The notes: a model not told the origin generated them from the letters alone. Shown: positions 36,058 through 48,640, counted from the first letter of the whole stretch. The stretch is 62,989 nt of DNA, filler included, from Hausera hauseri (GCA_046269625.1; 10 parts of 10 records of this genome joined end to end with filler, not necessarily neighbours in it), one strand, 5' to 3'. A program made the numbers and translations.

Positions 36058-36462
36058 GCCGGTGCCATTCGGCTACTCGCCGGCCAATTGCTACGGGACC
36101 GGTGACCACTCATCCATAACGTTTCCCACTTCCCACCAAACCATATGCGGGTTCTGGATCACTTTTTTGCCCCTTCCCCTTTCTTTCCCCCAACGCCCCA
36201 TCGATTTCGGTCCTTCATCATTCGATGCGTATTCCGCCCCCCATCATTTCTTTATGCCACACATGGCCGTGCACCACTTCCTTCTTACATCCGCATTTTT
36301 CGCGCACTTCTCCTGCTTCCGGGGTGCACCATGCACCGGTGCACGGATGTTTCTTGTATTCTCCGTGTCGAAATTTATCGGGCCAGTGTGTGTTTCGGCA
36401 TCAAACACGCTTCGCATTGCTGCAAGGGGGGGGTGATCCAGAACCCGCATTTTTATACTACT
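36058..36462. mobile_element. Polinton/Maverick terminal inverted repeat end
   Basis: Ends ...CAGAACCCGCATTTTTATACTACT (reverse complement AGTAGTATAAAAATGCGGGTTCTG); GC-rich non-coding region. Confidence 0.7.
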
Positions 36463-36499
36463 CCTATGGCCGATTTACTTTTGTAATTTCAAGCATCAC

Positions 36500-37150
36500 C
36501 GTTCAAAACATATAAAAATGGATACACATATTTGCACATTGCGTCCAGAAATAATTTACTGCACATGGCACAAAAATTAATCAAAAATTAAGCAAATCCA
36601 AATTGTGAGTCTCGAAATGGTTTTACTCCATTGCACCTTTGTGGTCAAGAAGTAGACGCTAATGCCAAAGCAAATAATCTTTTAACCAGTAATCATTTAG
36701 CAGTTCAAGAAAATCGTGTAAATGTTGCAAAAATTTTGAAGTCGGCGGGTTGCGAGAGATTCAAAAACAAAAGCCGGATATACTGCTCTGCACACGGCCT
36801 GTCAGTATGGACAACTAAACATGATTAAATTTCTTCTCAGGCACAATTGTAATATCAACGCACAGACTAATTTTGGTTCCACAGCGCTTCATTTGGCAGC
36901 TCAACAGGGACATCAGAAAGTCATTCATCTGCTCCTCGACAACGTTGCTAATCCAAATATTATAAATTCTCAAAACCTGACAGCTGCCTATGTTGCCTAC
37001 AAGCATCATTATTTGAATATATTTGTATTTCTGAAGAGTTGTAACGGTCGTCACTCGGTAGGATGAAGAACACAATGAAATTATATTCAAAATGGAACCA
37101 GAACAACCAGAATTGACGGGTGAAAATTTAGTCAGTGATGGTGACGATGA
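36500..37150 (+). pseudogene. Ankyrin (ANK1/2/3, unc-44 type) fragment: last ankyrin repeats and following linker
   Basis: NGYTYLHIA, NGFTPLHLC, AGYTALHTACQYG, TALHLAAQQGH, then PE...SDGDDE; stops, frameshifts and deletions. Confidence 0.8.
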
Positions 37151-37489
37151 ATATGTGCCACTGTTTTTCTAGTGACAAGGCACATAAATCAGTCTAAATA
37201 TTTCAATCTCTTGGCTGTGAAGTTATAACAAATCAAATATTATCGGAGATTAAAGGATTTGAAATGTCCATCGAGCAGTTCAATTATATTTCGAAATTTG
37301 AAGAAATTTTTCGGAAACTCAAAGAAACATTTATAGGATGCATGGACTTTCAGAATAACCCACTGAGAAGCGATTTAACACAAAGGGCTCTTAATACTTT
37401 TGTCAATATGACTACGGGGAAATGTTACCAAGGAATTGTCTGACTGGAGAACCGAGCGTGACCGCCCCCGCTACACTTCATCCCATTTC

Positions 37490-37703
37490 CCTTATTTTTT
37501 TTCAATAATAAACATGACTACACACTAAGGGTTGCATGCAAACATACAGCGCACATCCTTTATTCTTCATTGTCCTTCTTTTTCGGCTACTCCGACTTTT
37601 ATTGCATACACAATGGCTTGACTCCGTTACCTTCCAACTCTCATCTTTTGAATCCGGAAAACATTCAGTGATGCTAACTGTCAATTTTCGTATCCGTGGT
37701 GGA
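37490..37703 (+). pseudogene. Putative ubiquitin-like domain at the Gag N-terminus, copy 1 (one frameshift)
   Basis: LFFFNNKHDYTLRVACKHTAHILYSSLSFFFGYSDFYCIHNGL[fs]VTFQLSSFESGKHSVMLTVNFRIRGG. Confidence 0.6.
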
Positions 37704-40700
37704 TCAGACCCTGATCCTTCCGCCGAAAATTTAACTAAAATTAGATCTGGTCGTCGTCCAGCCGATCCCACACCAACTACATCTCCAAATCTTCCTTGCA
37801 CAGATTTTTTTTTTAATAAAACCAATTGAGTCGCACTTGGTTACAGTTTCATTTGCAATGGCTTAAAGCCAATCATTTCACACACTCCTTTTTGCGGGCG
37901 AACAGTTTGCTGCTACTACTTCTAGCTAATATCAAGCAGCAAATCAACAATTTTGCTGACATACTTACTTCTTCAAGTTTATATGATATGCTTTATGAAT
38001 CTGTTCTGCATATCACCGACCCTCCCATTGACAATATAATTCAGAAATACCTCAATGAACACGCCATCGGAAATCAAAATCCGTCTGATTTCCTTAAAAC
38101 TGCAATCTCGCAATTGAGCTCCTTGGGCGCAACTTCCATAAACAATGCCAATTTTCTTTGTCGGTATTTTCTTTCATCTTTGCCAACCTCCATCAGAGCG
38201 TTGCTCACGGTAGTAGACGACTCAACGGCCCTTGAAAAACTCGCCCTATTGTCAGACAAAAGTTTTGACATTTTTCAGTCTAATAATTCAGAGCCAGTAG
38301 CTGCAGCAACCCCTCACACACCGTCACACACAGATAACAGTTTATTTGCACAACAACTGCATATGATGTAGAAGCAATTTGACACACTACAACAGGCAAT
38401 TTCTGCGATTACAGCTTAACTCAGTGACTTATCTGTGCCTCGACGAAGCGAAAACCGTGGTTCGTGCAATCGTAGTTTTTCCAGGCACTATTCTCGGTTT
38501 AAATCTAGAGATGGTAGAATGACGTGTTTTTATCACAATAAATCCCGCAGAGACGCCAGGAAATGTGTTTTAGGCTGCGATTTTACGACGATCGTTATGC
38601 AGTAGACAATCCAATGTGCATTTATCACACAGAGTATCAATCCAAGGCTAGGTCGTGAGTGTTAGGATGTAAACATTATAAAAGGAAATTTAGTTTCTCT
38701 CTATCTTCTTCGCCTCCTCGCACTCACCATTCCTCTTCTTTTTCCCAACAAGTCTCAAAAACCAATAATGCCGCCAGATGCCACGGCACATTCTGGTATA
38801 GGCAATACCGCTGAATCTTTTAGCTGTTTCAACACCGCTTCTGAAGTCTTTCTGCTGAAAGCTGATCTGTTATTTGGAGACGTCACACATAGACTTCCTT
38901 ATTGATTCCGGAGCTGCTTTTTCACTTCTTCCTTTGTCTTTCGCTCCTATATCTAACACAGTTCTCTCTCTTCCACTCTTCACTGCCTGTGGCCAACCCT
39001 TGAACATTGTAGGTACCATAAATATGTCCTTCACATTCTACAATCTACCAGGGAAATTCTCTTGGGAATTTCATATAGCCAGTATTAGATTGCCCATAAT
39101 AAGTTCCGATTTCCTGGCTGCATACGATTTGTTAGTCGACTGTAAGTATAGATGTCTCATGCGCAGAAACTCCGTTACAAATACCAACAAATGCTTACCA
39201 GACGACTAGTAGTACACCTTGTCTTCCTCTGTTCATTCAGATGTCAATTTGACATTATGTTCATCGGCTGATAACAACACATTTAATAATTCATCAATAT
39301 TTTCAATCTCAGCAAGTGGGAACAAATCAACCTTGAAACAATCGTCTGAACCGAATGTCGTTAATGAAGTACTAAGTTATTCTACATCAATTACAACCAC
39401 TGACTTTTTCAATGATATGCCCTCATCATTCTTATCGTTGGGTTCTGATCTTAAATCCTACATCAAAACTTCTTGTTCCCGTATTCTCAAGAAGGACGTC
39501 AATTTCAAGCCGCACTTCACAACTTATCACCACATAGTCACCGAACACCAAAGACCTATTAGACAAAAGATCAGACCACTGTCACCTCGCAGGCGAAAAG
39601 CCGTTGAATTAGAGTTTAATGAACTCGAAAAAGCTGGTATTATTCGTAGATCCAAGTCACCATTGGCTTCACCATTGCATGTTGTAAAAAAAAAGATGGC
39701 ACTTACAGACCATGTGATGACTATTGTCAGTTAAATAATCTAACAGTCTTGGATGCTTACCCTTTACCTCTCATAAATGACATCCTGCACAGTCTTACCA
39801 ATACTAATACGTACTCCACAATTGACTTGATCAAAGCATATCATCAAATTCCTGTTGCACCTGATGATATTCCAAAAACTGCTATTATTACTCCATTTGG
39901 CCTCTACGAATATATCTTTATGCCATTTGGTTTACATAATGATTCTCAAACTTTCCAACGGCACATTTCTACCGTACTCTCAGGCCTTGACTTCGCTTAT
40001 CCATGTATTGATGGCATATTAGTTGCCTCTACGTCTGTCAAACAACATCAAAAACATCTTCGCATTATCTTTCACAGATTACATCATAGCAATTTGCAAA
40101 TCAACTTCTCCAAGTGTCATTTCTTTTAAAAACGTGCACATCATGCCGTTAAAACAGCCATCGCCGAGACAAGAAAGACATATATCATACCTGTCTACGT
40201 TTAGCTTTGTGTTGGAATATATTTCAGGCACAGACAATTTGGTAGCAGACTTTTTATCGAGGTCGGTTGGCTCCATCACTGTTGAGCCAATTTTCTCATC
40301 CGAAGTCTTAAAGGCCATCAACCGTCTGCTGATTTCCTTAGTTCTTTTAAATCCTTCGAAATCATTGATGGCATTGCTTTTAATACGTCGAATTCCGTTA
40401 ATAAAAAGATAATTCTAACTCCGCCTTTACAAAAGCCAGCTTTCCTTCACACTCACTCACTTCATCATCTGGGTTCGAAAGCAACCTTTCGCCTGCTTCA
40501 ACGTCATATAGTATGGCCATCAATGCGCAAAGATGTACAGGGATGGGTTAAAGAATGCGTAGCCTGTCAAAAATACAAAATCAATAAACATCTCAAACCG
40601 CCGCTGTACCATTTTCCCTGTACATTACGTTTCCATACGGTTCATCTTGATCTAGTTGATCCTTTACCTTCAGACAACGGATATCAACATATACTTACCA

Positions 40701-40773
40701 TGATGGATCGTGCCTGTCGCTGTTCTGAAGCCGTTCCTCTTCGTTCAATGAACAATGATTCAGTTGCCGACGT

Positions 40774-41393
40774 TGTGGTGACCATATCTACCAAACAAGG
40801 TTGCAAACCATATAGTTTTTTTTTATTTTCTTTTCAAAGTCACCAAAGAATTTCAACACCAACGTTTTAATGCACCAAACACTTTCGCTTCCAGTAAAAA
40901 ATTAAGCGATTTCTAGACATATTGTACCATCGTCAACAGTTCAATATATCATTCACGATTCGTCAATAATTTTCGTCGACTTCAGTACAGAGATTAACTG
41001 CACGCTTTTCAGTCTTTATAATCGTTGCTTTTTCGATTCCGAATCCCGCTTAATAACTGTTTGTTTCGTTTCTGACATTTAATTAGAATTAATCAATTTG
41101 TTGTGTTATCCGCACTTTTGTACAATCAGTTTGCAATTTGTAATATTTTAATTTGGATGTCTATTCTGTATTGTACATTTGTCAACTTGAACTAACAATT
41201 TGCGGACGTTTGAAAAATCAGATCCAGTAGAACTTTTTTGTCGCACGTCGTTTTTTAATTCAGCATTATTTTTGTGATTTTGTAAACCTCTATCGATCTT
41301 AAATTGTAAAATTATACTCTATGTCAAATTCATTTAAGATGTTTGTTTTGATCTCATAACTTCGGAACAGCACGAAAGTAACTATGAGCAACA
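40774..41393. mobile_element. Solo LTR (620 bp, TGTGG...CAACA) inserted in the Gypsy integrase
   Basis: Flanks GACGT (40769-40773) and GACGC (41394-41398); excision restores VADAIIKIWISRFGSP. Confidence 0.85.
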
Positions 41394-42331
41394 GACGCCA
41401 TTATAAAAATCTGGATCAGTCGTTTTGGTTCCCCACGTTTCATAATAACGGACAAAGATCCACAATTTGAGTCAGATCCTTTCAAATCACTTGTCAAACG
41501 CTTGGAAATATCCCATTTTCATACTACACCATATCATCCTCAAGCAAATAGCCTTCTTGAAAAGTTTCATCGAACAATGGAAGTTTCCTTAAAAGTCTTG
41601 GCTGACACTCATCGTAATTGGACGTACATTCTACCATTTGTTCTACTCGGTTGGCGCAATACACCCTCTACCACTACCGGTTATGCTCCAGCCGAAGCAC
41701 TCCTTGGGACTCCAATTCGGGCCTTATTTGAGCTTTCTGATCTCGACAACTACCCTACAGATGAAAACATTCGAGGTCAGCTCAGATTCATTCTGTAGCC
41801 TATTTAACAACAAAAAATCCTATATTCCAAAGGATTTATACTCCGCCAAGTTTGTTTGGTCGAAGGATCAATCTCCTTCTGGTTTTAGACCTCAATATGT
41901 TGGTCCATACCAACTGCTGAATCTTTCATCTCACACAGCAACCATCTTACGCCAAGATAAATCTTACAACATCCATATTTCGAACTTGAAGCCCGCTTTC
42001 TTCATTGACGATATTCCAGATGCCAATTCTACCTCCAACTCAAACTCAGCTAGCACTTCTACCGATTTTCTGAATAACTTTACATCACCTCAAATTGCAT
42101 TGCCTTTTCTGTTTGGCTCTTCTTTACTATCATCTCCATCACGAAATATTACCCAACAGCCCATCATAAATCCATCGAGTAAGGTACGCAGAGTGATATT
42201 CAATACGTACAGCAGAGAAAAGTTCTCTGATGGTGCACAAGGCCTAACTCATACTAAAACCGAATAGACGGTAAACATTGTTCCTTTCATCCTTGTTATC
42301 GTTATTATTCCTTTTCACTTTTACATAGTTT

Positions 42332-42946
42332 TTGTTCTGCCATCGGGGTGGCGGGGGAGGCGTGATGTGGTGTCGTGGCTGTGGATGTGGCTCGTGCAAA
42401 ACTCCACCAGTGTCCGCAGAAAATACGATCAAAACCGATATTTCCAAAACCATATCAACCAAACCAGATGAGGGTGTTTTGATATTTATTTTAAATTTTC
42501 CCTCTGAAAATCTTCGACGAAAACAGAATGAAATGTTGAACAAGAGAATTAGTGACATCGACAGTGACAAATTGTTCACTCAGAAAAAACGAAGTTTCGG
42601 TTGCCCAGGAGAATTACCTAAGGCTAAAAATTTCGAACTCGATTACCAAATACTTTTTGAGGAGCCTCTGGATTTGGACGATGTGGTAATTTATAGTAAC
42701 AAACACAAAGAAAAATATCAGAAAATCATGCTTGTTTTGGACATGTGCGAACTTCCCTTCGATCTTGCTGAACAACGCAATGCATTAATTTCACAATCCC
42801 CACCAGACGACAATGAAATTCGTCAATTGAAATCGAATGAAAATGATCGTCTCGACGTAAGTAGTGCTCCGCAGCGAATTACAAAACAGATGTTACTTTA
42901 CAAACGGATTTTGCAATATTTACGTACTCTGTTTTTTTGTTTTTGA
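42332..42946 (+). CDS. Open frame of unknown product, probably a gene fragment
   Basis: 204-aa ORF in an AT-rich context; no motif recognised. Confidence 0.3.
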   Translation: MFCHRGGGGGVMWCRGCGCGSCKTPPVSAENTIKTDISKTISTKPDEGVLIFILNFPSENLRRKQNEMLNKRISDIDSDKLFTQKKRSFGCPGELPKAKNFELDYQILFEEPLDLDDVVIYSNKHKEKYQKIMLVLDMCELPFDLAEQRNALISQSPPDDNEIRQLKSNENDRLDVSSAPQRITKQMLLYKRILQYLRTLFFCF

Positions 42947-43309
42947 AATCAAATCAGTGTCAATAAGTAAAGATTGAGTTTAACCAAAACCAGTTCTAGA
43001 AACGTCCAGACGTGCAATAAACTTTATCATCGTGCAATAAACTTTATCATCGATGTATTATCGTGTATTGTCGTGTAATTATGAGTTGGTATGTAATTAT
43101 AGATAAATAATTGATTTTTGCTTATTGACAATAGAATTTTGAATTAGTAGGTTGGTTTTATTTATCGTTCAGTGTTTATAATTATTTTGGCTTCATCACT
43201 TTATCACGTGGATTTACTCATAAAAAAACAAAATTGGTGTCAGAATATCAGTGTCAAATATTACGTTGCTTTTGGAGGAAATTTAAAAGATCTATTCGAA
43301 CGTTCCAGT

Positions 43310-45315
43310 AAACCAAAAGAAAAAGTTTTTATTAAAGAAGAAATTGTATATCATACACATATGTATATAGCAATGTGAAACCTTTCAGATCTCCAGGTAA
43401 TTGAAAATTATTAGAGATTCCTGATTATCCTGTTATTATTAAACATTCAATAGACTTATCTACTATTAATGATATTTTGGAAAATGGATTATATAAAGAC
43501 CCATGAGAGGTTGTCGATGATTACTGGCTCATGTTCAATAATGCATGGCTCTATAATACGAAAACGTCCAAGGTTTATAAAATGTGTAAAACATCAGCAA
43601 ATATATTCGAATCTAAAATTGATAGCATAATGACGTCTTGTGGACTTTGTTGCGGTAGGAAATATGTCTATCTGCCTCAGGTGTTAATCTGCTGCACCCA
43701 AAATGTTTGCTTGGTTGTTCAAGATGACGTATATTATGCCCTTCAAAATGATAAGTCAAATGAAAAGAAAAATTTTAGTGAGCTTTCATATGATAGATAT
43801 ATATGCTGTAAACAATGTTACACTGATAATCCCGATAAAATTCCATCTTTGAATGCTGAAAACAGTAATGCTACGTGCAAAGTAAAAAAGAATCTAACAA
43901 AATGTCGTAATGAAGAATTTATACTTTGTCGTCTATGTAATCATAAATGGCATAGAGTATGTGCTGTTTATCTTGATGAAATTTGGCGAGATGGCCTTTT
44001 CTGTCCAACGTGCATTTCAGAGGAAATTATTAATATCAAACCAAATATGTACAAATCAACACACCTCATAATGAACTCAATAAACATTTTGAAAATTGTG
44101 TGAATAAATTTCAACAAAAAGTTTATCTGTCAGTCAGTGAAGTTGCCATTCATGCTTTAATAAGTAGCGATAAAACTGTTGATGCTAAACCTGGTATGAA
44201 AAGCCATTATTGTGAAACATGCGAAATGTCACAATCTTTTAAATATCACCTAAAAGTAATATTTGCCTTTCAAGAAGTTGACGGTCATGAATTATGTTCC
44301 TTTGAACCTAGTGTACAAGAACATGCATCCGATTGTCCTGATCCAAATTCTAGGCACGTTTATATAGCATGTCTTGATTCAGTCCATTATTTCAAAGCTC
44401 GAAAATATCGAACAAATGTTTTTATTGATTTTTTGATCGGTTATTTAGAATACATTAAAATATTAAGATTTACTATGGCTCACACTTGGGCGTGTCCTCT
44501 GGGAGAAGGGAATGATTATATTTTTCATATGCATTCCTCTAAACAGAAGCTTCCTAGGCCAAAACATTTGCAGGAATGGCACGTAAAGATTTTTGAAAAA
44601 TCGATGAAAGAAAATATTGTTGATCAAAAAGATATTTTCAGTGATGCTTTGCATTCACTTATGCAAATTCCAACAGATTTGCCTCATCTCGAAGGAGATT
44701 ACTGGCCAAACGCAAATTTGCCTCCAATAATTATTCAGATTCAGTGATCAATAGTGATTTAATGAACGGAAGAGATAAATTTCTGTGTTTAGCAAGAGAA
44801 AAGCATTTGGAATTCTCGTCCTGCTACGTTTTAAATTCTTGACATTATGTTTCTGTTACGAATTACATATGGGACAGAATCATTCCGCCCTTTATACTTG
44901 CAATGCATGTAACAAACAAATCAAGGTTCGTTTTACCTGCACATTTTTACTTCCGCTCTGCAACAATCCTAAATGTCAGATTCCAAATTGTCTAGCTTTG
45001 CGTTTCATTTGAAGACAACAAGGTAGCCAACAACGGATGCAACAATCACAGATTTTAAGGCGACGAGTAACTTTAATGCAGCGTGGAATACATGGCGACC
45101 AATTGATTCCTACTCCATTGAATTCACAACCACAGCATTTTGAAAATTTTGTAAATAAACCGTCTATGAATAATGGTGATAATACATGCAATAATGACTT
45201 TTCTGGGCAGAAGCCAATGCCTTTAAATATTATTCCTCCAACATTTCAATTTCAAACATCCAACAATGTTAATTGTACATTAAATACCGCTACTCCAAAT
45301 CACTTTACTAATTAG
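43310..45315 (+). pseudogene. CREBBP: CBP/p300 histone acetyltransferase pseudogene (bromodomain, RING/PHD, KAT11 HAT, ZZ, TAZ2 remnants)
   Basis: IPDY..IIK..IDL, WLMFNNAWLYN.KTSKVYK.C, CCGRKY, VYIACLDSVHYF, AHTWACP..G.DYIFH, LPHLEGDYWPN, GRDKFL.LAREKHLEFSS, QILRRR; many deletions and stops. Confidence 0.92.
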
Positions 45316-45773
45316 AAAACAGTTAAGGATGATGTGCGTGAAGATTTTATCAAAATTTCAACAACTGGCTTGACAATTATTCGCAATATAAAATAGCGTT
45401 TGAGATACTTAAAAGTTCAAATCTCGTCCAAACGAATTCATTGTCAACCCTCCATTTCAAAACATCCAGTCTGTCCGTGACGCCTCTATGAGACCAACGA
45501 GATTACTTAACAATAATCCTATGTACATCGTGCCTATTCCACAACAATTACCTCCCACTCAAACAGCAAATTCGCCGTTTAAATATCCGAAAAGAAGCAA
45601 TCCTTAATCTGTCAAAGCTGTTCAGGAGTTAGTGGAATCGGCTCAGTTGACGGTAGAACCTCAAGAACGATTACCAGTGTCGTTATCAGTAAAAAGTAAT
45701 TATGATAGATATTTACATATCGTTACATCATCATTTGTAATGAGAAACTACGCTATCAATGAAAGAGCTATAG

Positions 45774-46688
45774 ATGATTTGGGTGAGGAATCGAGCGCGA
45801 CCGCCCCCGCTGCGCCGCATCCCTCATCCCTGTTTGTTCTTCTCAATAACAAATTTCTGTACTCTCATTGCTACAAACCAAGAGACTTTACATCGTCTTC
45901 ACAGACATTTGGCCCTCATACTTCACACCTCGGATTTTTATTGTTCATATCACAGCTTAATATTTCATATCCAATATCAACTTTCTGCATTTTCTTCCAA
46001 AATAATCCACCTCACTCTTCATCTTCGTATCCGTGGTGGATCAGACTATGACCCTTCTGCCGAAAATTTAACCAAAACCAGATCTGGTCGTCGTCCTGCT
46101 GACCCCACACCAACTACATCACCAAATCTTCCTTGCACAGATTTATTTCTTGATAAAACCAATTCGAGTCGCACTTGGTTACAGTTCCATTTTCACTGGC
46201 ATAAAGCCAATCATATCACAGACTCCTTTTTGCGGGCAAATAGTTTGCTGCTATCACTTCCAGCTAACATCAAGCAGCAAATCAACAATCTTGCTGACAT
46301 ACTCACTTCTTCAACTCCATATGATATGCTTTATGAATCAGTTCTGCATATCACCGACCCCTCCATTGACAGCATAATTCAGAAATACTTCAATGAACAA
46401 GCCATAGGAAATCAAAAACCGTCGGATTTCATTAAAACTGCAATCTCGCAATTGAGCTCCTTGGGCATCACTCTTATAAACAATGTCGATCTTCGTCAGT
46501 ATTTTCTTTCATCCTTGCCAACCTCCATCAGAGCGTTGCTCACGGTAATAGACGACTCAACGGCCCTTGAAAAGCTCGCCCTATTGGCAGACAAAAGTTT
46601 TGATATTTTGAAGTCTAATAATTTACGGTCAGTAGCTGCAGCAACCGCTCATACACCGTCACACACAGATAACACTTTATTTGCATAA
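45774..46688 (+). CDS. gag: Ubiquitin-like domain fused in frame to Gypsy Gag (premature TAA at end)
   Basis: CLFFSITNFCTLIATNQETLHRLHRHLALILHTSDFYCSYHSLIFHIQYQLSAFSSKIIHLTLHLRIRGG followed by Gag (PYDML, GNQKPSDF, FLSSLP..IR..L). Confidence 0.75.
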   Translation: MIWVRNRARPPPLRRIPHPCLFFSITNFCTLIATNQETLHRLHRHLALILHTSDFYCSYHSLIFHIQYQLSAFSSKIIHLTLHLRIRGGSDYDPSAENLTKTRSGRRPADPTPTTSPNLPCTDLFLDKTNSSRTWLQFHFHWHKANHITDSFLRANSLLLSLPANIKQQINNLADILTSSTPYDMLYESVLHITDPSIDSIIQKYFNEQAIGNQKPSDFIKTAISQLSSLGITLINNVDLRQYFLSSLPTSIRALLTVIDDSTALEKLALLADKSFDILKSNNLRSVAAATAHTPSHTDNTLFA

Positions 46689-47733
46689 CAACTGCATATT
46701 ATGCAAAAGCAGTTCGACACACTCCAACAAGCAATTTCTGCGATCACAGCCCAACTCAGTGACTTTTCCGTGACTCCAGGAAGCGAAAACCGTATTTCGC
46801 ACAATCGCAGTTTTTCCAGGCACTCTTCTCGGTCCAAATCTAGAGATGGTAGAATGACGTGTTTTTATCACAATGAACGCCGCAGAGACGCAAGGAAATG
46901 TGTTTTAAGCTGTCGATTTTACGACGAACGTTATGCAGTATACAAACCAATCTGCATTTATCACACAAAGTATTAATCCAACGCTAGGTCGTGCGTGCCA
47001 GGATGTAAACAGTATAAAAAGAATTCTAGTTTCTCTACAACTTTTTCGTCTCCTCGCACTCACCATTCCTCTTCTTTCTTCCAACAAGTGTCAAAAAACC
47101 AATAATGCCACCCGATGCCACGACACATTCTGGTACAGGCAATATTGTTCAATCTTCTGGCCGTTTCAACGCCGCCTCTGCAGTCTTTCTGCTGAAAGCT
47201 GATCTGTTATTTGGAGACACATCACACATAGACTTCCTTATTGATTCAGGAGCTGCTTTTTCACTTCTTCCTTTGTCTTTTGATTCTACACCCAACACAG
47301 TTCTCTCTCCTCCATTCTTCACTGTCTGTTGTCAACCCTTGAACATTGTAGGTACCATAAAACTGTCCTTCACATTCTACAACCTATCAGAAAAATTTTC
47401 TTGGGAATTTCATATACCCAATATTAGATCGCCCATAATAGGCTCCGATTTCCTGGCTGCATACGATTTGTTAGTCGACTGTAAGTATAGATGTCTATTG
47501 CGCAGAAACTCCCTCACAAATACCAACAAATGCTCACCAGACGACCAGTATACACCTTGTCTTCCTCCATTCATTCAAATGTCAATTTGACAGGCTGTTC
47601 ATCGTATGATAACAACACACTTAATAATTCATCAATATTTTCAATAAGATCAAGTGGGAACAAATCAATCTTGAAACAATCGGCTGAACCGAATGTCGTT
47701 AATGAAGTATTCAGTCATTCTACATCAATTACA
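45780..47733 (+). mobile_element. Ty3/Gypsy retrotransposon copy 2 (Ubl-gag, protease), cut by contig end
   Basis: Close homolog of 37441-39390. Confidence 0.92.
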
Positions 47734-47833
47734 NNNNNNNNNNNNNNNNNNNNNNNNNNNNNNNNNNNNNNNNNNNNTTAATTAATTAANNNNNNNNNNN
47801 NNNNNNNNNNNNNNNNNNNNNNNNNNNNNNNNN

Positions 47834-48640
47834 AATTGTCCATCCACATTAAGAGCGTACATTCTCGTACGAAGTCCAACATAAACAATAATAAATTTGC
47901 AGTTTACTTCATCCTTAAATTTCCCCAAAACTTTTTTATTTGACAAGGAGAAGTTCGTATGATTCTTCGGATAATCTTATGTGACGAAGAAATATGCAAA
48001 ATTATAAAAATCATTGAATATATCATCCTATTGAATATGATATATGAATGAATCCATATCCATATACATTAATTGAATGAGTGAAAAATTTTACTTTATG
48101 ACATTATAATTGAAGTCGTACATGAGTGTTTTTGACAAATCAAATATTGACATTCCAACATAAATCGGATTTTTGAAATTCAGAATCGTCTTTTGCATTC
48201 AGATACTATCAAAATTTTCATAATACAGAGTGCTGCGTAAAAATTAGGCTTTGAAATAAAGTTTCTTGCTCTCGCTGAGTCGTTGACCAACTCAATTGAC
48301 AGCCTGTTTCTTATATTTCCCAGACTTTCTAAAAACTGCGTTGTTATACCATTTGAATTGATCTTTTTCAAAATCGTTTGCTGCATTTGTTCGAAGATTT
48401 GTATTTAACTGAATACAAGGCTGAAGCCATTTGGATTGACTGGACTGCAAAACCCTATACACTTTGGTGACAATGAGACCATTACGGATAGCCTGCTGCA
48501 AATTTATGTCACGCACTACATATCATTCCCTATCATTCAAATTGGTTAATAATTTTCTGAACTTTCCGCCAGGCAGTTTTTTGATTATGGTAGGAAAGGC
48601 AACTGATCATGTTCTGCATACTGAAACCAATTGTAGTAAA
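47834..48640 (-). pseudogene. polB: Maverick pPolB polymerase-domain fragment (third copy)
   Basis: KLLTNLNDRE.YVV...NLQQAIRNGL.V.KVYRVLQ.SQSKWLQP, KWYNNAVF, PIYVGMSIFDLSK, YMDMDS, GKFKDE, VGLR..MY. Confidence 0.9.

Larger units (their letters stand above)
37441..42267 (+). mobile_element. Ty3/Gypsy retrotransposon copy 1 (Ubl-gag, protease, RT, partial RNase H, integrase), decayed
   Basis: GNQNPSDF gag, CFYH.....ARKC...C, LIDSGA, SPLASPLHVV.KK, DLIKAYHQI, KTAIITPFGLYEY..MPFGL, NLVADFLSR, HHCC, VHLDLV.PLP, HTTPYHPQAN..LEKFHR, GPY. Confidence 0.92.

Noticed and set aside
42345-42380. PPT plus 3' LTR of Gypsy copy 1 (GGGGGAGG..TGTGG)
   Set aside because: The downstream sequence does not match the 5' end of either Gypsy copy
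37826-47733. Alternative genetic code (TAA/TAG = Gln), suggested by stops aligning with CAA/CAG in sister copies
   Set aside because: CAR to TAR is a single transition; stops also replace Tyr, Trp and Leu codons, and frameshifts are common, so ordinary decay explains it
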